Shown here piece by piece: positions 12,001-20,000 of a stretch of 20,000 nucleotides of DNA. Location of the stretch: NCBI GenBank assembly GCA_029717555.1, contig JAMDHS010000101.1:50672-70671 (forward strand). The letters run 5' to 3'. Position 1 is the stretch's first letter. The number at the start of each line of letters is the position of its first letter. Origin of the DNA: Peribolospora baueri (taxonomy: Eukaryota). A program made the translations under genes and the position numbers. The notes under the pieces are model-generated. The model was not told the DNA's origin and did no database searches. It worked only from the letters and a program-made list of their open reading frames with translations.

Positions 12001-14239
12001 CAAAAGGCTCGCTCGTCCGAATGGCAGTTTGCCGTAGACGTTGTCTTGGTGTGGCGGCGCCGAACTAGCGGCCAGAGGAGCTGAATCCAACTCTTCGCCG
12101 GATAGTCGGATATCGTACTCGACCTCCTCCTTGATCCTGCGCACAAGCGTCTCGAGGCCCTGCGCGTTGCAGAAAAGGCCAAAAGCAGGCTGGAACGCGT
12201 AGATGATGCTATCGAGCAGGCCGACGGCGCGAGATATGGTGCGGCAGACAAGGAAGGACTTGGGCTCGGGGATTTGAATAAACTGCACGAGCAGAGGGAT
12301 GATGCCGGCGCTGACAACCATATTACTGCCGGCGGGACTTGAGGAGATGAACGCGATGAAGCCTAAGAGACTATCGATGAAACCGTCGCTCGCCCGCGGT
12401 GGGTCAACAGCAAGGTCGGAGAGAGCCCGACGGATAACGTTAAGGAGGATGCCATGGTTGAGAGAGGCGTTGACGGCCCCCAACGTTTCTGACAACTTGC
12501 CACGATATCTGCCTATAGCGTCAAGAGCGTACAACGCCGCGCTCTGCACCTCTTGTGGCACGTCCCGTTCAGGGCGGATCAACTCGACCAAGCTTTGGAC
12601 GAGGTCGGGCTCATACAAGAAGAGGCGAGTGTTCGCGGTGGCCTCGGAGGCGATGTGCGCTGCGCGGAAGAGATACGGAACAGGGATCACAATATAAATG
12701 CGCCATACAATAAAGACAAGCTGAAACACACAGAGGCGGGGCGATACTCACCAAAAATTGCAATCGCGAGCAACCTCATCACCAACATCTGCTGCCTAGC
12801 CGCCGGATTCTGTATGTTCTGTGCCACTCGGATCTTCTGATATAGCGCGAAGTGGTCTTCCTTCGGGACTTCATTGTCCTGAGCTTGGGCGAGGAGCACA
12901 TCGATGGCGCGATCGCCAGACTTGGTGACGTCGCCCAGGTCGATTATGGTCAGACCTTCGTCGGTACCGGACGCTCCTTCCTTCCCCCCTGGCGCACCAG
13001 CAACTCCTGCTCCACTAGGACCAGGCGTCGTTACGGACGTCGGCGGTCCTCCAAGTGTGGCAGCTCGCTGGGGTACGCCTGGGCGAGATGGTCGAGAGGG
13101 CGTTGCGAAGATGTCCCTGTCGGCCTCCACTCTGTCCTCCCTGAATCCATTCGCACCTAATTCACCCTGCCTATCCAACACCCTCGAGGGATCGGTGCGA
13201 CGGAAAAACTGGAACTGCACCGTCTTGAGCTCGTCTGAAATCTGAGTCTCTGGCTTGGCGAGGTCGACGATCTCAACGCCGTGCTCGCGTGTGTTCCATC
13301 CTCGGGCTAGGCAGAGCAGGCGCTCTTCGGAAATACCAAATTCGTGGTGGATGGAACCTGTGCTGCCGTACTGCTGAGCGGGTCGAAGGATGAGACGAAG
13401 GGTGGCCTCTAGGATATCGAGGTCGTTGGTGAGCAGCAGCTCGTTGAGGTGCTAAGAGTTCGGAAGAAGGGGAGGAATAAAAACAAGTTGAGCAAACCAC
13501 ATAAAACAGAGCAATGCTTTGTGAAACAGAGGACACGAGACATGCACTCACCTCGTACGATGCATACAGCTTCCGATTCGTGCAGTTCTCCAACAGCAGC
13601 CTGGAGAACCTGATCACCGAGAGCAATAGCCTCTTAGTTCGAGGCGTGAAGTCGTTGACCTGAAGGCGCGGAAGGTCATAGTCCTTGCAGGTCTGTTCTA
13701 GGATAGCGTCAAAGCGGTTGAGCGTCTTGGTCCAGTAGTGGAGATCGCCGCGGGGCCAAGACCATGCTGAGACGCGGTCGAGGATGTCGGGCAGCTCGTC
13801 ATCCGGCGCAGCGGCAATTTGGTCGAGGAGGGCGACGACCTCGGGATGCTGGGGTTGCACAAGGAAGACGTGATGAGGGTGGCAAAGAGATAATCAGTAC
13901 GAGACAGTAAGAAAAGTTTCGCCTCCGTCCCTCACGCGTTCCTCGCCCGACAGCAGGCTCTGCATGGTCGTCCAGCGAGAGCAGGAGGATCCATCCATGT
14001 CCTTCGTCGACCTTGCCCGTTCAATCGCACATCGAACAAGAAAAAGACACTTCAAGCCTGCCATCCGAGCGACTGACCAAGCCGCAATCTACACCCCCAG
14101 CGGTGGCACGACTCGCGCGTGACGGACCGACCGATCACGGATCGCACGACGAGGGAAGCAGTCGAAGCCAGACAAAGGAAAAATGAGGCTCGCCACTCAC
14201 AGCCGGCGCAAGACGCTTGGGCATCCTCTTGATCCGCAT
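3026..14239 (-). CDS. TOM1: TOM1/HUWE1/Ptr1-family giant E3 ubiquitin ligase, N-terminal ~3364 aa only (DUF908, DUF913, UBA, acidic region, UBM/DUF4414); no HECT domain
   Basis: 11 exons joined by hand in one continuous frame: 14239-14201, 13848-13552, 13451-12752, 12659-11179, 11102-10802, 10708-7506, 7429-6784, 6670-6586, 6517-6320, 6248-5857, 5778-3026. Total 10095 nt including the TGA; every donor is GTGAG. Family motifs: WSWPRGDLHYWTKTLNRFDAIL, RLLLENCTNRKLYASYEHLNELL, INIMATFVHNEPTSLGVLEEA, IPNAVGALCLNQAG, LGSAIDELIRHHPSLK, UBA (LMDMGFSREAAENAL), UBM (IDPSFLEALPDDMREEVL), LRLVVNILTAGECTSKTFQQTL. Confidence 0.92.
4340..4726 (-). other. Tandem UBM/DUF4414 ubiquitin-binding motifs within the TOM1-like protein
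   Basis: GIDPSFLEALPDDMREEVL, ISPEFLEALPPEIRAEVL and IDSASFLAGLDPSLRQTVLLDQDETFLQTLPP match the repeated (D/S)PxFLxALPxxxRxEVL motif of HUWE1/Tom1. Confidence 0.85.
5000..5190 (-). repeat. E/K/R-rich low-complexity coding repeat (EEARKA-like units) in the TOM1-like protein
   Basis: EEQKRKEEEEKQRREKEREEEAKREEERKAEEARKAEEEARKAEEEARRAEEERVAREAAEAAA. Confidence 0.75.
9312..9425 (-). other. UBA domain within the TOM1-like protein
   Basis: DENKVRQLMDMGFSREAAENALVRCHNNLSAATEYLLM: MGF loop plus terminal LL, the canonical UBA signature. Confidence 0.88.
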
Positions 14240-14849
14240 GGCCACGCTTGGCTCCTTTCACTCGACGGGAGGCCCAGACGAAGAGGGAGCTGGGACTCTG
14301 GCGGCGAGATAAGATGAAGTAGATGTGATCGGCGTGCGCAGGCGGGTCGGATGTGGTGGAGGTCGAGATGGGAAGTCGAAGTGCTGAAAGACCCAAGCCC
14401 ACGCGCCGCCCGGCGACGAAGACGGATGCGACAGAAAAAGAAGAGGAAACAAGCGTCCTCCGGGGCCGGGTTGGGGGGAAGGGAGACGATAAGGACGGTC
14501 GCGACGACGTTTGAGAATCCCCTTGGACGACGGCGGCCGGACGATGAAGGCGAGAAAAGGCCACGATCGGTGATGTTTGAGCGGGCGACGACCGCTTGAA
14601 TCCGATTATCGCCGCTGGCTGCGGCAAGCTCTCATCCTACGCGGCGGGACACGCCTCGAGATCAGAGATGGGATGATGGATGGAGAGCAGCTTCATTCGC
14701 GGCCACACGATCGACGAGGCCTTCGTTCGCACTTACGAGACCATCTGCTGCCTTTTCGAGCAAGCCAGCCAGCAGCTGACCTTACTTTGTGCCGAACAGC
14801 GCTCAAAATCCCGAAGGCTAGACTTATCTTCTCAAGGTTTTAAGGCTTT
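14240..14849. promoter_or_regulatory. Divergent (probably bidirectional) promoter/5' UTR region between the TOM1-like gene and PCH2
   Basis: The start codons at 14239 (minus) and 14850 (plus) point away from each other, 610 bp apart. No specific binding site identified. Confidence 0.55.
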
Positions 14850-17361
14850 ATGCCCCAACCGTCCTCTGTCGGGTCGAGGGGAGGCGAGGATGACACGCTC
14901 CTTGGGGAGGATGACACGCTCTTGAACGGCGGATCCGATGTCAGCAAGCCGCCGGCGTTGGACAAGACGAGGAAGTACCCTCTTCATAGTGAGCGCTGGC
15001 CGGACAATTTTCTACAGGCCGATCGCGGAGACCATGACCATCAAACCGACTCATGCGCGATGTCGTCCCGCCCCACGCTTCCCATACCGGACAGTCGAAG
15101 TCCGACTGAACGCCCGGTCCACGATCAGGCTCGATACCGCCCGACGGATAGTGCATAGTCACATTAAGGATAACATGACCTCTCTCATTCGCGATTCGGA
15201 GCTCGAGGACTGGAGGGACGTGCCGACGCTCGCGGAACACGTCGAGTTGATAAGGGTCGCAGAGAGCTGTGAGTGCCTTTCCTAGAGCTTTCGAACTGAA
15301 AACAGAAGGAAGCTCTGTCGACGCCGTACCACCCGTACAAGTTACGGCCGAATGCTCCGTCAACTGACGAAGCTCTACACACTGTATGCGTCGCTCTTAC
15401 AGCTTTGCGACAAGAGGTTATCCCACTCTCATCCGCGGCGCTCCAGATTCACGTCTACCAACCAGCACTTTCGGATGACGTGGAGGAATTTGCAGCTGGA
15501 GATACTGATCCGGCTGCTGGGGACGGAGACGATGTGATGGCTGCCAGCGTGACTGAGTTACCGAGCCGGTCATTGGAAGGAGTTTGGGACAGGTGAGCAA
15601 GAAGGGTGTTCGGGGCCGTCAGTTAATTGGTAGCTTCGCGAAGCACTTGGTTTTTACAAAACCCTCGCCTCCATAGTGGGATGGGCAAACCCGACCGCGC
15701 GCCGTCTGCTGATCCCATCTTGACTGACTTATCCTCATGGGTTCATCAGTCTGATCTTCGTAGACGACGTGAAGACGCGGCTCCTCAATTACATCTACAC
15801 AACGGTGCTCTTTTCGGACGCCAACGTGGACTTTAACATTGTAACTTGGAATCGGTGAGCAGCGTCGCTGTCACTTGCGGACATCAGCTCGTAACTAATG
15901 AGCTGCAACTGCCCGCAGAGTCGTTCTCCTTCACGGGCCTCCAGGAACGGGAAAAACGAGCTTATGCCGAGGACTGGCTCAGAAATTGGCTATTCGATTA
16001 TCGAGTCGGTAAGTTATCATAAACGGTAGCTGCCGCTGATCTCCCAGTTCGCTCACATCACTTCATTTTCGTCTGCATCCCGTCTTTCAGCTACTCCCAC
16101 GGGAAACTGGTGGAGATCAATTCGCACTCTCTGTTTTCAAAATGGTTTTCCGAATCCGGAAAGCTCGTGCAACGGCTTTTCTCCCTGGTGACGGAGATGG
16201 TTGAAGATGAGGATGGTTTCGTCGTCATCCTCATTGGTAAGCTTCCTCACTCGCTGATAGATTTCCTTCCGCGCTCATCTACATTGACTGACCTCTTTTT
16301 TTCATGGAATTTCTGCGCCTTCGTACCTGCAGACGAAGTGGAAAGCTTGACGGCGGCACGAAGCGGTGCCATGTCCGGCGCCGAGCCATCGGACGCTCTG
16401 CGGGTGAGTAAGGAGGACGAGGACCCAGCTGTTTACCGAACGTTTCATCCGAGCCAGGCTGATACCCGTTACGTGCACATAGGTTGTCAACGCGCTCCTG
16501 ACGCAACTGGACAAGCTCAAGCATCGAAAGAACGTGTTGGTGATGACGACGTCGAATATCTCCCAAGCAATAGGTGCGCGGCGTTATGTCCCTTCATGCA
16601 ACGTGTTTAGCAGGTGTCGGGACGTCTTCCGAGCGGTTCTTGCCTTGCTTTCACCAGATTCTGCATTCATCGACCGAGCGGACATCAAGCAATATATCGG
16701 TCTTCCGCCAAGACAAGCTGTGTACTCTATCCTGCAAACCTGCCTAAAAGAATTGATGAGGGCTGGCATTCTCGTCACAACCGTGAGTTGCCGCGGACGT
16801 GAACTACCTTGATCGTCTCTGCTTCTCGTCTCATCGGCATCGGCCGGCCGTTTTCGAGCGCAGGATATCCTCGACTTTCGATCTGTCGAGCTTTTCCGTC
16901 ACGGAAGGCTCTCGTCCGAGTTCGACAAGTCCCGAAAAGCTAGCCTCAAACTGTACGATCTGGCGGGGAAATGTCATGTGAGCTTAGCGTCGGGGATTTA
17001 GTCGGAAGGATGGGTTCTTTAGAGATACGACGGCAGAGGATGAGCAGGTCGTCATCGCCGCGGTGTACGGGCCTGGCTTTTGACGATATGGCCTGTCTGC
17101 CCACTGTGGGTGAAGAAGCGTCATCTGGGCAGCTCTTGCTCACCACCTCTGTGCTCACCTCCATGTGCACAGGGCATGTCCGGACGCACTCTTCGTCGGC
17201 TGCCCGTGCTCGCCCACGCTCGCTACATAGGTCTCGCCTTCGGCATCCAGGAGGGAGAGGCGGAAGCGACGGACATGGACACTTGGCTGGACGCCATGGC
17301 GAGGACGGTGGAGGACGAAGGGGCTGCGATAGAGCGAATCGATGACAGCCCCTCCGTCTGA
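14850..17361 (+). CDS. PCH2: Pachytene checkpoint protein 2 / TRIP13 AAA+ ATPase, ~477 aa
   Basis: 11 exons, GT..AG, continuous frame (1434 nt): 14850-14988, 15095-15268, 15403-15592, 15750-15854, 15919-16008, 16091-16236, 16333-16403, 16483-16573, 16658-16782, 16864-16977, 17173-17361. Motifs: [41 protein letters not shown] (Walker A), [30 protein letters not shown] (Walker B), [45 protein letters not shown]. The exact start codon is less certain than the core. Confidence 0.95.
14883..14924 (+). repeat. 21-bp tandem duplication in PCH2 exon 1 (GEDDTLL x2)
   Basis: ggcgaggatgacacgctcctt followed by ggggaggatgacacgctcttg; in frame. Confidence 0.85.
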
Positions 17362-17989
17362 GGCGAAGGCCTGCGCCTGGCTGTCGCACGGACCCGACTT
17401 GGTCCCATCCTTCCTGCATTTGGATTAGTACTCGTGGCCCCACCTCTGTCCTGCTGCATCTCTCTCTTCTCCCTCTGCCCCAAGCTTGCCCGAACATTTG
17501 GACGGATCTCAGCAGTCTAGAGCGTGTGTATATGTATCAGTAGCACACTCCCGCGGCCCTTCCGCGTGCCCCATGCCATGTGCGAACCTGACCTGACCCA
17601 GACCCGAGCCAATCGAGCATTCCGCAACGCCGTTGACGGTTCCTCGAAAGCGTGGATGAACGTAAATCACAGACTGATGGGCCGGCCGGGCGGTCGCGTC
17701 GGGGCGCGGCTGGATAAAGCAATCTGCCGGCTCGTCGGCCGCTCGGGACGAACGTCGGTCGTCGATGAAACGCAACGAACGGCCGTTACAACAACGTCCG
17801 TCTGTCGTCTCCAACAGAACGGCACTTGGGCTCCTTCTTTCCCCTCCTCTCCGCTCGTTCATCTGCTCACCATCCCGTGTGGCATCCGGACCGTCAGACG
17901 ACAAGCAAGCCGCCCATCGCCCATCGACGACGGCGTGCCGGCCTCTCGACCATCGCATCGACCTATCTATCCCCTCCCCGTTCCCGAGG

Positions 17990-19124
17990 ATGGCGGCCCA
18001 CGTCCTGGCGCCCGTCGCCTCGCTCGTCCAGACGTGCTCGACGACGGTGGTGCACCCGACATGGTTCCCGTTCCCTCTCGTCCCCTGTTTTCACGCCGCC
18101 CGGATCAGTGAGCAATCCTAGCCTGGCCCCGCTCTGCCGCCAGGCCGTACGCCGTTATCTCGACGATCTGACGATCTGATCAGACAAATCTTCCTCACAG
18201 GCCTCGCTTTCCGAGGACGACAAAAGGCGACGGGCAACGACGGCAAGCTCAGCTGGGCGCAGGAGATCGCAGGCTTCCTGGTCATGGTGCGTCGCTCGCG
18301 CTCTGCCGTCCACGCATACTAAGATGCGCATTCTCCCGACGCTCCATACACGGCCAAAGCCAAGTTAAAAAGACAACGGCTCATTGGTCTTCTTCTCCAC
18401 CTCTTTGCGACGGCTTCGTCCATCTTTGGTATCTTCTCCTCGCCCGTCCCGTCGTCCGCAGGCATGGGGAGGCTCGTTCATCTCCCACTACCTCCTCCAC
18501 CTCACCCCACCGCAGCTGCTCTCCTTCGGGCCGGTGTACAACTACGTCGGCGTCTACCTTTTCCTCCGCCTCCTCTTCGCCTTGATGCCCACCCCACCGG
18601 CCTACCTCGTCGACACGGCAGCGCCGCTCTTCGACGCCATCGCCCGGTCCGCGCCCATCGTCGGCGGCGTACACCTTGTCACCTCGCACGCGAACCCAGC
18701 CGTACGGTCATCGCTCTTGCTCCAGCTCCTCCTCGGCGCGATCGGTTCCGCAGGCGGAGGCATGAGCGCAGCGACGCTCCAAGTGTGGACCACCGGCTGG
18801 ACACTGCACACGCCCGTCTTCCTCGTAAACCCCTCTCCGCTGGCCACGCTCGACGTATGGGCAGGCGCAGCGGGTGCCGGGCTGTACGGCTTCCTCACAG
18901 CCTCCCATCCAGCGTACGAGCCCTTGGCGCTCCTCGCCACCAACGGCACCTCCAAGGCCCTCCTCAGCGCCGTCGGCGCCAGAGCCGCCGTGGTCGTCTT
19001 TCTGACCCTTTGCTTCGGCACGAGGGCTGTGTGGACGCACTGGTGCGCCCCCGTTTCCCCGCCCGCAAAGGCAAAGGCAGGGTCAGCCAAGACGAAGGAG
19101 GACGCGTTGAAAAAGGCCCAGTGA
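17990..19124 (+). CDS. Multi-pass membrane protein, ~288 aa, TRIC/TMEM38 (trimeric intracellular cation channel)-like, with a C-terminal KKxx motif
   Basis: Exons 17990-18107, 18201-18286 and 18462-19124 (867 nt, continuous frame, GT..AG). Several hydrophobic helices with glycine clusters: FLVMAWGGSFISHYLLHLTPP, DAIARSAPIVGGV, LLLGAIGSAGGG. Ends in KKAQ*. The gene model is solid; the family assignment is motif recall only. Confidence 0.75.
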
Positions 19125-19251
19125 GACCAAGAGGCGTCACGTCGTGTAGCTGGCTGGCTGGATTGGAGGAGATGGAAGGACGACATTTGGAATTGGAAAC
19201 GCATATCGAGGATGGATTCGAGATCGGAACCTGGGCCGTTGCGCTCACTCT

Positions 19252-19275
19252 CAAAGGCAAAGGCAAAGGCAAAGG
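19252..19275 (+). repeat. (CAAAGG)4 microsatellite at the junction of repeat copies 1 and 2
   Basis: caaaggcaaaggcaaaggcaaagg. Confidence 0.88.
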
Positions 19276-19364
19276 TAGTGTCGGCCAAGACTAAGGACGA
19301 CACGGTAAAAAGGGCCAGTGAGACCAAGACAAGACAGACAATACAGCAAGAGGCATCACGTCGT

Positions 19365-19396
<32 letters not shown>
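19365..19396 (+). repeat. (CTGG)8 microsatellite
   Basis: Perfect ctgg x8 in the second repeat copy; the matching site has about 3 units in copy 1 and about 2 in copy 3. Confidence 0.9.
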
Positions 19397-19398
<2 letters not shown>

Positions 19399-19497
19399 TG
19401 GAGGAGATGGAAACGACGACAATTGGAATTGGAAAAGAAACGGATATCGAGGGAGGATTGGAGATCGGAACCTGAGCCGGTGCGCTCACTCTCAGAG

Positions 19498-19998
19498 TCA
19501 AACGCAAAGGCAGGGTCGGGCAAGACGAAGGAGGACACGGTAAAAAAAGCCCAGTGAGACCAAGACAGACAAGACAGCAAAAGGCGTCACGTCGTGTGCC
19601 TGGCTGACTCGGAGATGGAACATATAGCGATAAGCTGTCCCCTGTCTTCTGTTCCTGAGCCTTTGCCTCTGACCCTCAGCCCGCTCTATTCCCCTGTCGT
19701 TGTCGCTTGAAGGTACGTCTTCTAGACCAGACTGGGGTAGCGCCTCAGGCGGGAAGCAGTCGATTCCTCGTTTCGCTGCGTCCACGAGACACAGCGGACA
19801 TATAGAGACCCGATATTCCGGAACCTCGCCAGTGCTCGGGTGTTGTCGCGAGGAATGAATTGCGATCAGAAGATTGTTCTGAGAGGGACGAGAAGATGGC
19901 GTAACCTCTTCGGGCACCTCGGTCCGGGACGCATCGGTATCGACGTCGTTGTCCAGTTTCCGTAGTCTCCGCTGCCGTGTCGAGGTGACTTTTGCAAA
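19498..19998 (-). other. Open reading frame entering from the right edge; possible 3' end of an unidentified gene
   Basis: Stop-free from 19998 (FAKVTSTRQRRLRKLDNDVDTDASRTEVPEEV...CPLC...) to TGA at 19498-19500. No recognisable motif. Confidence 0.25.
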
Positions 19999-20000
19999 AA

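Larger units (their letters stand above)
19065..19620 (+). repeat. About 2.5 degenerate tandem copies (~190-250 bp unit) of the last codons and 3' flank of the membrane protein gene
   Basis: Shared blocks caaagg(c/t)ag(g/t)gtc..caagac.aagga.gac.cg...ccagtgagaccaaga...tcacgtcgt...ctggctg...ggagatggaa recur from ~19065, ~19264 and ~19504. The block gagatcggaacctg.gccg.tgcgctcactctc occurs in copies 1 and 2. Confidence 0.9.

Noticed and set aside
13849..14200. Longest TOM1 intron (352 nt) as a snoRNA host
   Set aside because: No box C (RTGATGA) found on the sense strand and no other supporting structure visible by eye.
17509..18111. Overlapping 149-195 aa ORFs between PCH2 and the membrane gene
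   Set aside because: GC-rich intergenic/promoter sequence giving R/P/S-rich translations with no recognisable features.
18602..19507. 301-aa minus-strand ORF
   Set aside because: Antisense to the membrane protein's exon 3 and to the low-complexity repeat copies; no domain.
19065..19620. CRISPR array or transposon terminal repeats
   Set aside because: Eukaryotic context; units are long, degenerate and derived from the adjacent gene end. No unique spacers, inverted termini or transposase.

Overview
Eukaryotic DNA, GC-rich and intron-rich with GT..AG introns. It is most consistent with a basidiomycete fungus (possibly Ustilaginomycotina; this is inference). I reconstructed four spliced genes by hand. 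(1) A KHA1-like cation/H+ antiporter on the minus strand, running off the left edge. (2) An 11-exon TOM1/HUWE1-family gene (minus, 14239->3026, about 3364 aa). (3) An 11-exon PCH2/TRIP13 AAA+ ATPase (plus, 14850->17361, about 477 aa), head-to-head with the TOM1-like gene. (4) A 3-exon membrane protein with TRIC/TMEM38-like motifs (plus, 17990->19124, about 288 aa), followed by degenerate tandem copies of its own 3' end. The key observation: the TOM1/HUWE1-like gene keeps an intact reading frame through its N-terminal solenoid, UBA and UBM regions but stops at ...LRCLKVLDYMYEPHP*, before the catalytic HECT domain. No HECT-coding sequence lies in the ~1.2 kb before the next gene. This points to a split ligase (gene fission, trans-splicing or a giant intron with a nested gene) or an assembly artefact.
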